Assembly (NCBI GenBank): GCA_034669905.1
Contig: JAXMOL010000040.1
Location: 1-64,000 of the forward strand
Direction: 5' to 3'
DNA: 64,000 bases
From: Candidatus Hydrogenedentota bacterium
Lineage (GTDB): Bacteria; Hydrogenedentota; Hydrogenedentia; Hydrogenedentales; JAEUWI01
Below the pieces are notes generated by a model. The model made no database searches. It was not told where the DNA came from and saw only the letters and a list, made by a program, of their open reading frames with translations. Below are positions 40,201-47,846 of the stretch, in pieces (position 1 is the first letter of the stretch; every line of letters starts with the position of its first letter). Both the position numbers and the translations under genes were made by a program.

Positions 40201-40318
40201 CCGTTTCGTAATGCCCATCCACCGCCTGGCTAAGCAAGTCGCGGGCGACAATATAGTCATCTTGATCCTCGTCAATGACGAGGACCCGTACACCGCGCTC
40301 TCCCGATTCTTCCGACAT
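37274..40318 (-). CDS. Hybrid sensor histidine kinase (REC-PAS-PAS-PAS-HisKA-HATPase-REC-helical tail)
   Basis: N-terminal REC; PAS motifs; FLANMSHEIRTPMN, NAAKFT, DTGPGI and GTGLGL; C-terminal REC. Confidence 0.93.
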   Translation of the reverse strand: MSEESGERGVRVLVIDEDQDDYIVARDLLSQAVDGHYETVWAATAETGERLLMESRFDVALVDSRLGSTDGLTFIRNGVPRHPSVSFIMLTGQSNYEMDVEAMSAGAMDYLVKESLSAALLDRAIRYSLRGKRLEGQLRSERNFMSVVLNHVEALILVLDLTGRIRRINRAFELVTGRSKEHVLGTPFSALMVLPEKRQEMEVLFERFSGAAFPNTHRSYWTGPGEELRLVEWSSVLATDSLGAPSHVVVTGVDVTGRARDKAELRKLALIASETDNTVIMTDKEGHIEWTNPGFTRLTGYSLDEVLGKKPGRFLQGPDTDQATVTRIGAALRERQAIREEILNYTKSGASYWIELHIQPIFNRDGEFVKFFSINRDITEQKKQQERIRELNATLEERVNARTREVAATRRFVEYTLDSLTNHVCVVDDSGMILFVNKAWRDLGMFAQGGENSLDLSDSLIRRLEEMGKQGDTACLRAVRLLHNVINGDCAAFELDLSYGPADCCSHYTIRGNRFLIQEQTHVVVAFEDITRRKQAELESVRAKQEAEIASTAKSAFLANMSHEIRTPMNAILGFSQLLEESGELSGEQLTHVQTINRSGEHLLAVINDILDMSKIESGSATLNPTEFDFYGLLRELEQTFRLKTNKKALSFEVQCERGTPRIIHGDQGKIRQILYNLLGNAAKFTEEGGIRLWAQAPLLRPGVCRLTVEVHDTGPGISAAEMDQVFEAFVQTASGRGASSGTGLGLPISRQYARLMDGDLTVESEEGQGSVFRLELPVTIGAVNDGLVVGSRERHVIGLAGGGPAPEILIVDDMVSNLELLRAILERVGFAVRSCKDGASAVKTVFERTPDLVFLDIAMPGMDGYETIAEIRAKKELQTLPIVVATATVFEEEKEKVLRAGADGFVRKPYSIPSILEAIRENLFVSYRYSDEEPPGKDSSEPVSGQFSALPDSVREELRDAAVSCHGERIAAILAQLEDEHAGLGALLQGFADQFEYDEILRLLDEVESTTKS

Positions 40319-40327
40319 AGCCCCTCG

Positions 40328-40786
40328 TTACCCGGCTTCAGAGGTGTTGGCGGGCAGCTTCACCATCTTGAACCAGTAATGGTCTATAGACTCCAGTATA
40401 TGCACCAGCCCCTGGAAGGAGACGGGTTTGGTAAAAAAACCTGCGGCTCCCAATTCATAGCACCGAAGCACATCCTCCTCGGCTTTGGAAGTTGTCAAGA
40501 CCACAACGGGTATAGGACAGAGACGCTCGTTCCCCTTCAGGTACTCCAATACCTGTCGCCCGTTCAGCCGGGGGAGATTCAGATCGAGCACAATCAAGTC
40601 CGGTACGAGCGTTGCCCCGCTCTCCCCGCCTTTGCCAAGATAATCGACGAGTTCCTGACCGTCATTGACAGTGATAAGGGTGTGCGGAAGCTTCGTCGCT
40701 TCCAACGCCTCCCGCGCGAGGAGCTGATCATCGGGATCGTCCTCGGCCAACAACATGACAAACTGCTCTTTCGCGTCCATGCTCAA
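40328..40786 (-). CDS. Single-domain response regulator (Rcp1/BRR-like)
   Basis: Motifs LLAEDDPDD, LDLNLP, IPVVVLTTS, YELGA and KP..F...YW. Confidence 0.93.
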   Translation of the reverse strand: MSMDAKEQFVMLLAEDDPDDQLLAREALEATKLPHTLITVNDGQELVDYLGKGGESGATLVPDLIVLDLNLPRLNGRQVLEYLKGNERLCPIPVVVLTTSKAEEDVLRCYELGAAGFFTKPVSFQGLVHILESIDHYWFKMVKLPANTSEAG

Positions 40787-42066
40787 ATCATCCCTTCCGA
40801 ACGGTCACTATCCGACGAGGACACCGTCGACATCTCGGGCAATACGATAACGAAGGTCGTGCCTTCACCGAGGGTACCCTCTACCGAGATACTCCCTCCA
40901 TGACGCTCGACAATCTTCCTGCAAATGCTTAAGCCAATCCCGCTACCTTCATAGGCCATACGGGGATTCAGCCGAGTGAATGGTTGAAACAGGCGACTCG
41001 CGTGGGAGGGGTCGAGCCCAATCCCCTTATCGGCCACAGTAATTTTTACCCGCTGATCGGGCAACGGTTCCGACGCGACCGTGATATGGGCCGGTCGCTC
41101 GGCTTCCCGAAACTTCAGTGCGTTACCAATCAGGTTCTGGAAGAGTTGATTCATTTGAACCCCGTCCGCGGCAACCGTTGGAAGCGGGTGGCGTACGATC
41201 TCGGCCCCTTCCTGGACGATCCGCGCATCAAAGGTCTCCAGAACATCGTCCAGTACCGTATCCAGATTCACCGGTCCGAATACCCGACGTTGAGAAGACA
41301 CGCGGGAGTAATCCAACAGGCCGTCGATCATCGTTTGCATGCGGGTCGCAGAACCTATGATCCGACGCAAATCATCTTCTGCCCGCGCGTTCAAGGTGCC
41401 ATCGGAAGACGTCTGCAGACGCCCGCCAAAGGTTCGAATCTTCCGCAAGGGCTCCTGCAAATCATGGGAGGCGATATGGGCAAAATCCTGCAGTGCCTGA
41501 TTACTCTTCTCCAGATCTTGCTGCGCCCGCTTACTCTCCCGGACTTCGGCTTCCAGGGCCAGGTTGGCCATGCGAAGTTCCTGGGTTTGCGCGTCGACCT
41601 TTTCCTGCAACACCTCGCGATGCTGCCGCAATTCCCTCTCCACCGCGGTGCGTCGCTCGATTTCGCGTTGCAATTCGTTGTTGAGTGAAGCCAGACCAGG
41701 CAATTCCATGGCGCCCGGCAGAATGCGGATCAACGCCAGCACGGTCAGCCACGATACCGACGCCGTAATGACTTTCATCGTTCCCGCGACCCGGTACGCA
41801 GGCCACCAGAAAATCCCCGCTTCCACCAGATGACTGATCCCGCAGGCGAGGATAAAGGTACAGAAGAGCCAGCCGATCGCTGGGAAGGAGAGGTCGCCCT
41901 TTTTCAAGAGAAAGTAGGCGATTACGATGGGAATGGCCGTATACGCGCCAAAAATAGCCACATCCGCTATCACATGGACCCAGCCGTGGAACGTGGTCCA
42001 ATTCCCGCAATACCATCGTGCCGGGAAGTCGGTGGTGTCTATCAGCGTACCCACAAGTCCGTTCAA
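40783..42066 (-). CDS. Histidine kinase with an ETR1-like ethylene-binding transmembrane domain
   Basis: TM domain D35-x6-Y42-xx-I45P46...I72-xx-C75-xxx-H79; phytochrome-type H-box ASHDLQEPLRKI; NALKF, DKGIG and GSGIGL. Confidence 0.88.
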   Translation of the reverse strand: MNGLVGTLIDTTDFPARWYCGNWTTFHGWVHVIADVAIFGAYTAIPIVIAYFLLKKGDLSFPAIGWLFCTFILACGISHLVEAGIFWWPAYRVAGTMKVITASVSWLTVLALIRILPGAMELPGLASLNNELQREIERRTAVERELRQHREVLQEKVDAQTQELRMANLALEAEVRESKRAQQDLEKSNQALQDFAHIASHDLQEPLRKIRTFGGRLQTSSDGTLNARAEDDLRRIIGSATRMQTMIDGLLDYSRVSSQRRVFGPVNLDTVLDDVLETFDARIVQEGAEIVRHPLPTVAADGVQMNQLFQNLIGNALKFREAERPAHITVASEPLPDQRVKITVADKGIGLDPSHASRLFQPFTRLNPRMAYEGSGIGLSICRKIVERHGGSISVEGTLGEGTTFVIVLPEMSTVSSSDSDRSEGMI

Positions 42067-42265
42067 CGTACCTTCCTCCAGCCTACCGTATTAGCCCCCC
42101 CGGTTCCGAGTGTCCATTATCATGCAATCTCCCGTTATATTCAAGATGAACCGCAAAATAGCACGGGAAATAATCGCTTTATCTCGCCGTGATATCGGGA
42201 CTTATGGGCATCAAGGCGATGCCCGCGCCCCCCCCGGCGTTTGCGCAGGTGCCCCGCGCGAACAC

Positions 42266-42297
42266 AAAAAAACCGACGGGCAGATGCTCGTCGGTTT
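42266..42297 (-). terminator. Intrinsic terminator downstream of tRNA-Cys
   Basis: AAACCGACGGGCA-GA-TGCTCGTCGGTTT hairpin with an A-run (U-tail on the minus strand). Confidence 0.75.
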
Positions 42298-42309
42298 GGA
42301 TTAATAAAC

Positions 42310-42383
42310 TGGAGGCGGCACTCGGAATCGAACCGAGGATAAGGGCTTTGCAGGCCCCTGCCTTACCACTTGGCCATGCCGCC
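42310..42383 (-). tRNA. tRNA-Cys (GCA)
   Basis: Minus strand reads GGCGGCATGGCCAAGTGGTAAGGCAGGGGCCTGCAAAGCCCTTATCCTCGGTTCGATTCCGAGTGCCGCCTCCA: 74 nt, TTCGA T-loop, GCA anticodon, encoded CCA. Confidence 0.97.
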
Positions 42384-42434
42384 TCAAGAAGGGAAGCGAA
42401 TTATAGTCAACGAAACCCGATCATGTCAAACCCA

Positions 42435-43457
42435 TCAGGCAAAAAAACGAAAGTCTATGCACTCCACGTACCCCGCCGACCGAAACCATGCTCGAATCAA
42501 ATCCCGGGCGCCCGGTGTGCCCACCATGACCACCACAAAGCAGTTTCCCGGACCCGGCAGGGCCTCCGCCTCAATAACCGGGACGCAATGAATCTGCTGC
42601 CCGATTTTGCCAGGGCGAATGTCCACGACCGCAGTGACTTCCCCCGCGCCCCACTCTCGCAGCCACCGTTTTCCCACTTCGCCCGCGCCCCATTGGTACA
42701 GCGGTCGGTGGTCATCTGCCCGCAGCCTTTGGAGCCACGCCCGTTTCAACGCCCGGAAGGCATAGGCGTCATACCGGGGTGAATTCATGGAGAGCCGTCC
42801 TTTGGACTCCTTCCAGGTCAGGTACGGCCCCGGTACATTGCCCACTTCATAGCCGCCGTGCCAGAAGCGAAAAACCAGATCGTAGTCCTCTGGCCCCTCG
42901 AAATCACGGTAGCCGCCCACCGCCTCATAGGCCGCGCGCCTCATCATAAAGCTTGGATGGGCCACTGGACACTCCACGAAGAGCTCCCGCTCTACCGTGT
43001 CATGGGTCTGAATGGCGTTCAACCACGCCTCGTAACGACGACGGCCGATGCCAAGTTCCGACCCTGCCATGATGACGCCCGTTCCACACAGCGCCCCGTG
43101 GGGATGGGATTCGAACCAACGACGCTGTGCCGCCAGGCGTGGGGGCGCAGCAAGGTCATCGGCGTCCATCCTGGCCAGGAAGTCTCCACGGGCATGGGAG
43201 ATCCCGGTGTGAAGGGCGGAAACGATTCCCCCGTGGGAGGACGGGATGGGCCGGATACGGTCGTCTCCCGCTGCCAGGGCCGCGACCCGCGGGTACGTGT
43301 CATCCGTCGAGCCGTCGTCCACGATGAGCAGTTCCCAATTCGGGTCTGTCTGTTGCTGGATCGACACAATCGCGCGCTCAATGGTGGAGGCCCCGTTGTA
43401 GACAGGCAGCACCACCGATATCAGCGCCCCGCCATCGTCTCGCGGTGTTGTCGCCAT
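42435..43457 (-). CDS. Glycosyltransferase family 2
   Basis: Motifs SVVLPVYN, VDDGSTD, RMDADD, HPS and EDYDL; C-terminal Rossmann-like WGAG. Confidence 0.92.
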   Translation of the reverse strand: MATTPRDDGGALISVVLPVYNGASTIERAIVSIQQQTDPNWELLIVDDGSTDDTYPRVAALAAGDDRIRPIPSSHGGIVSALHTGISHARGDFLARMDADDLAAPPRLAAQRRWFESHPHGALCGTGVIMAGSELGIGRRRYEAWLNAIQTHDTVERELFVECPVAHPSFMMRRAAYEAVGGYRDFEGPEDYDLVFRFWHGGYEVGNVPGPYLTWKESKGRLSMNSPRYDAYAFRALKRAWLQRLRADDHRPLYQWGAGEVGKRWLREWGAGEVTAVVDIRPGKIGQQIHCVPVIEAEALPGPGNCFVVVMVGTPGARDLIRAWFRSAGYVECIDFRFFA

Positions 43458-43482
43458 GGCGCTCCCTTACGAAGTGCTCCCC

Positions 43483-44913
43483 TTAGCCCTGTCCCAGCAT
43501 GATACTGTAAGAGGCAAACGCGTGGGGCGGCAAGGTGTCGTGAAAGGTATTCCCATCCGCGGTGAGTTCGATGCGCTCCGGACTCACCCGTTTCGGCGAT
43601 TCAAAGCTATTCTCTGCCGAGGCAGAATCCGCATGAAGCAAACGGCCCGAAAGAGAGGCGATGTCCCCTTCACGTATCTCGACCTGGAGCGGTATCGTTT
43701 CGGTGTAGCTTCGATTCACGACGGTAATACACAGTCGTTTTCCCTGCCGGGAAGCGCTTACCTGTAACGCGGGTATACGACCCGCCTTTCCGCCCGCCTT
43801 TTCGTGGGCCAGCTGTGGCGACTCCAGACGATGGGTCAGAAGACGGGAACCGCGGTGGCAACGCATCATGTCCAAGACGTGATAGGTCGGTGTCAGAAAC
43901 ATGGCCGGACCTTCCGTCTTGGCCAGGCATTGCAGCGCATTGATCGCTTGTGCCATCGCCGCCATCGAAACATGGCCGGCATGTTGATTCAACACCTGAT
44001 AGACCGAGGCCGCCAACAGCGCATCACGCAAGGTATTGGGCTGCTCCAATCCATTCTCCGCATCCGCCTCGTCGTGCCAGACCCCCCAGGAGCCCAGGGC
44101 AATGGCAGGCGCCTGTTCCCCATAGTAACGGTAGAGTTCGGCGATCAGTCGTTTCAGTTTCCGCTCAAACCCCTGCAAGGCCCCCCAGGTCTGGTAATAC
44201 CCCTCTTTCCCAAAGGTCGCGCCTGAACCAAGACGAAAATAGTGGCTGACCGACAGTCCGGCGATGCCCAGGCCCTGCGCATGATATCGCTTCACCGGAT
44301 AGACGCGTTCTGGTTCCCAGGCCTCATTGAGCGGGACAATCAGATCAATTTCAGGATTGAGTGCGGGCAGGCCTTCCAGATTCCAATCCGTACAACGGCT
44401 CATTCCCCATAGCGGGAGATCGAAGGGCTCTGGACTGCCGTTGTGGCACCGTGCTGCCGTACGCTCGGTATCTCCCCCGAAGGTGCCGTATTCCACCCAG
44501 GACAATGCTTCATCCAAGGTACCCGTAAGCCCGTTGGTATTGACCCAGGGCCGACACTCGAGCTTATCGCACAACCCCGCGAATTCATGGGTACCAAAGG
44601 TATTCGGCTCAATCTGCTGCCAGGGCACGTTAATACGGTGGGGTCGATTGCCTCCCGTCCCCACGCCGTCGCCCCAATGATAGTAGTCGGCGAAATGATC
44701 CCCGGGCCACTTGAGCACCGGCACGCGCAGATGTTTGAAAAGGGCCAGCACATCCAGCCGCAATCCGTCTTCGTTGGCGTTCCCCGAACTGCGGCCCGCC
44801 CAGATTCCGTCGTAGACACTACGCCCCACCATCTCCATCTGATAGCCATAGATCTCCGGGGATATGGTGGGGCCGCCAAGGGCAGGCCAGACCCGTAACT
44901 GTGCGTGTTTCAT
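43483..44913 (-). CDS. GH51 alpha-L-arabinofuranosidase homologue, probably non-catalytic
   Basis: Motifs IYG..E..GR.VYDGIW, KWPG..FAD.Y.W.DG.G, N.FGTHEF, QPNTLRDA and TPTYHV. The GNE and DEW motifs are absent. Confidence 0.8.
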   Translation of the reverse strand: MKHAQLRVWPALGGPTISPEIYGYQMEMVGRSVYDGIWAGRSSGNANEDGLRLDVLALFKHLRVPVLKWPGDHFADYYHWGDGVGTGGNRPHRINVPWQQIEPNTFGTHEFAGLCDKLECRPWVNTNGLTGTLDEALSWVEYGTFGGDTERTAARCHNGSPEPFDLPLWGMSRCTDWNLEGLPALNPEIDLIVPLNEAWEPERVYPVKRYHAQGLGIAGLSVSHYFRLGSGATFGKEGYYQTWGALQGFERKLKRLIAELYRYYGEQAPAIALGSWGVWHDEADAENGLEQPNTLRDALLAASVYQVLNQHAGHVSMAAMAQAINALQCLAKTEGPAMFLTPTYHVLDMMRCHRGSRLLTHRLESPQLAHEKAGGKAGRIPALQVSASRQGKRLCITVVNRSYTETIPLQVEIREGDIASLSGRLLHADSASAENSFESPKRVSPERIELTADGNTFHDTLPPHAFASYSIMLGQG

Positions 44914-45611
44914 TCCCCGTCGCCCACGGGGTGATCATATTGATCAAGGTAGGGAAACACACGGTCGGTGATAAAGCTCCGCACCCCGCGCACGTGGTCG
45001 GAGATAACCTCCAGCGCACCACTATCCACTTTCTGGTGGGCAAATATCCCTTTGACCTCCACATAGACTTCTGAGCGAGACTGGCGGAACGATTCGATGT
45101 TTACTTGCAGATTGCCGGGGTATTCGTCGGTTTCTGGCAGGGTAAAGCGAAGGCCACCCACCGCGATGGGCCGCTGAAAATGAGGACCAATCCGGTTTGC
45201 CTGCTGGCACACCTGCTCGAGTAGAAATACCCGTGCGTCATCGAAATGACTCAGTGCAAAGGTAGACCGGATGGTGGCCGTGTGGGCAAGAAAAGAATCA
45301 AATTCCTCGAATTCCAGGAGCTTTCCGGCCATCGCCTCGACCCGCTCCAGAAAAGCGCTCATGGGGATATCGGCCCACTCCTCGATCATGAGGACGCGGT
45401 CGGGCAGGAATAGCGCGACCGACTGGGAGCGCTTGCCCTGTTTGGAGTAAAAGCGCGGCTGAACCATGCGGGTGAAATCGGTGCTGTCATACCCGGCATT
45501 GCGGATTTGTGACAACTCGAAATAGAGCTTTTGTAAGGCTTCTTTTTTGTGTTTAATCGGTTTGTGTACGAGCTCGACACCGAAATGGATTACACGGTCT
45601 TCCGATTGCAT
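44910..45611 (-). CDS. Hypothetical protein, translationally coupled to the GH51 homologue
   Basis: 233-aa ORF with an AAGGG RBS and an ATGA overlap with the next gene. No motif recognised with confidence. Confidence 0.75.
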   Translation of the reverse strand: MQSEDRVIHFGVELVHKPIKHKKEALQKLYFELSQIRNAGYDSTDFTRMVQPRFYSKQGKRSQSVALFLPDRVLMIEEWADIPMSAFLERVEAMAGKLLEFEEFDSFLAHTATIRSTFALSHFDDARVFLLEQVCQQANRIGPHFQRPIAVGGLRFTLPETDEYPGNLQVNIESFRQSRSEVYVEVKGIFAHQKVDSGALEVISDHVRGVRSFITDRVFPYLDQYDHPVGDGE

Positions 45612-45833
45612 AGCACCCCTTCATGAATGTTTGTATTGGTATGTGTTTCGGCGCGCTGTTTTTCGGAATGCGAATGACACCAGGAAAACCACACCGCCAG
45701 AATGGATGTACTGTAGCAGAGGGCGGTCGCCTTGTGAAAGCACGGTCCATCTACCCGTCGGCTGCGTGGAAGGGTACGTAAATAGTCCCGGAACGGCGTG
45801 CAGGCTTCGGGGTGGCAGGCTCCTGCGGCCGGT

Positions 45834-46424
45834 CTATTTCTTCTCCGCAATGAAGACGACGCAAGGAGGGATATTCTTCCAGATATGCTCGGAGCGACTT
45901 ACATTACCAAAGCGTTCTACCAACTTTTCCCGAAAAAACTTCTTCCCTGAGGGCACGTAGGGACTCATGGCGTAGGCAAAGGTAACGAAACGGCCACCCG
46001 GTTCTAACACATCGTAGGTCGCTTCCAGGATCTCGTCCTGGAGTGCGTCATCGAAGCGGGTCCAAGGCAACCCGGAGACGATGGTGTCACAGCCAGAGAA
46101 CCCGGCCTTTTCGAGATAGGACCGGGTATTCTGTGCGCAGTCATGATAGACGTTGACGCCGGGGCAGCGGCGCTGCGTCGCGCGCACAAATTCCTCGTTG
46201 ACTTCCAGGGCAATAAAGTAGGCATCATCTCGTTTCTTAGAAAGAATGGCTTCGGTAAACACGCCGGTTCCGGGACCATATTCTACGATCACCTTTGACT
46301 CGGACACGTGGGCCATATCGGTCACCGTATCCGCCAGCTGACGCCCACTGGGAGCGATGGCACCCGTACTTCTGTTGGCCCGAAATACTTCTTTAAAGAA
46401 ACTCAAGGTACTCAATGCGTACAT
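45834..46424 (-). CDS. SAM-dependent methyltransferase (phospholipid N-methyltransferase PmtA-like)
   Basis: Motifs TGAIAPS, VEYGPGTGVFT, IVSGLPW and GGRFVTFAY. Confidence 0.88.
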   Translation of the reverse strand: MYALSTLSFFKEVFRANRSTGAIAPSGRQLADTVTDMAHVSESKVIVEYGPGTGVFTEAILSKKRDDAYFIALEVNEEFVRATQRRCPGVNVYHDCAQNTRSYLEKAGFSGCDTIVSGLPWTRFDDALQDEILEATYDVLEPGGRFVTFAYAMSPYVPSGKKFFREKLVERFGNVSRSEHIWKNIPPCVVFIAEKK

Positions 46425-46817
46425 TCCTCAGTCAGCGTGCGGCCATCAGGTGACCGGCAGGTTCGATTCAACAGGGAGCGATTGGTTGTGGGAAAGCCCA
46501 GCGGACCCGGGTTCCCAGATGGTATACCCGACAGTCGCGCAGGTAGGTCTCTTGACAGGGACAACCACACGATTTCATTTTGCTGCCCAACATTCTGCCA
46601 TAGTGCCATAGAGCATCACAAACGCTTGGGATGCCAAAATGCGGCAAACGACCGGTACGCACCCACCGCAATGAACCCGACGCTTGCCAAAATACCACGT
46701 CATCCGCTATGCTCCGCACGTCCTGGCGGGCTCCCCTGGATGCCTACTCCTCAGGTTATCGGGGGCCACGCCGATCTGTTTAAGGCCATACCGTTCCCCC
46801 TGAATAAGGAGATTATC

Positions 46818-47261
46818 ATGAGTGCAGAAGACAAGGCCCGCGAGCTGGGTATTACGTTTCCCGAAGTTCCCAAGGGCTATCTCAACCTTTGTATCAAGAC
46901 CGGAAACCTGCTGATGACCTCGGGACACACGAGCGATATCAAAGGCACTCTCGGCAAAGAACTGACCGTGGAAGAAGGCTATGCCGCCGCCCGGGAATGC
47001 GCCGTTAAGATTCTCCAGTCCGTCCACGCCGTCCACGGCACCCTCGATGGACTCCGGGTCATTAAGCTCTTTGGCTGTGTAAACAGCACCCAGGACTTTA
47101 CGGACCACCACCTCGTCATTAACGGTTGCTCCGACCTCTACCACGAAGTCTTTGGCAAAGAAGACGACGGCTGGCATGCCCGGAGCGCCCTGGGATTCTC
47201 CTCCCTCCCCACGGGCGTCGGCGTGGAAATTGAAGCCATCTTCGAAATTAAAGGCTCCTGA
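46818..47261 (+). CDS. RidA/YjgF family protein
   Basis: Motifs SGH, EGY.AAR, VINGCSDL, HARSALG and VEIEAIF. AAGGAG RBS. Confidence 0.9.
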   Translation: MSAEDKARELGITFPEVPKGYLNLCIKTGNLLMTSGHTSDIKGTLGKELTVEEGYAAARECAVKILQSVHAVHGTLDGLRVIKLFGCVNSTQDFTDHHLVINGCSDLYHEVFGKEDDGWHARSALGFSSLPTGVGVEIEAIFEIKGS

Positions 47262-47314
47262 CATCTGAATCTGCCCGCGCTAGGGATGACCCGATTCATC
47301 AGGGAAAGAGACCA

Positions 47315-47836
47315 ATGGCTGTTCAAGACGAAAGACCCTACACCGACCTCTGGGAACGGGTCATCCGGGAGCGCAATGCAGACTACCACGGCATCCACGG
47401 CCCCCAACACTGGGCGCGGGTGGAGCGCAATGGCCTGTACCTCGCGAAGGATTCCGGGGCCGATGTGCGCGTCGTCTCGCTTTTTGCCCTCTTCCATGAT
47501 TCCTGTCGATTCAACGATGGCATTGATCCCGAGCACGGCAGCCGAGGCGCCGAATATGCCCGCCAATCCCGCGCACTCTTGGAATTTCTGGACGACACCG
47601 CCTTCGAGCAGTTGCTCTTCGCCTGCACCTGGCACACCGACCGGGTGCACCACGATGATCCCACGATCCATACCTGTTTCGACGCCGACCGACTCGATTT
47701 GGGTCGGGTCGGCATCACGCCCCATGCGGACTACCTGAATACCCCTGCCGCCCGAAAGCTTGCCACGGGGAAACAACTTTTCCTGTTGGATGAGGTGCCC
47801 GTACGGAATACGAAACGGGCCCCCCATCCTTCCTGA
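47315..47836 (+). CDS. HD-domain protein
   Basis: Motifs HG..HW.RV, FALFHD, EHG.RGA and CFDADRLDLGRVG. Confidence 0.85.
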   Translation: MAVQDERPYTDLWERVIRERNADYHGIHGPQHWARVERNGLYLAKDSGADVRVVSLFALFHDSCRFNDGIDPEHGSRGAEYARQSRALLEFLDDTAFEQLLFACTWHTDRVHHDDPTIHTCFDADRLDLGRVGITPHADYLNTPAARKLATGKQLFLLDEVPVRNTKRAPHPS

Positions 47837-47846
47837 TTCCGGCCCC

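Noticed and set aside
36120..42383. Genomic island integrated at tRNA-Cys carrying the signalling operon
   Set aside because: There is no integrase, I saw no duplicated tRNA 3' end, and the tRNA's own terminator is intact.
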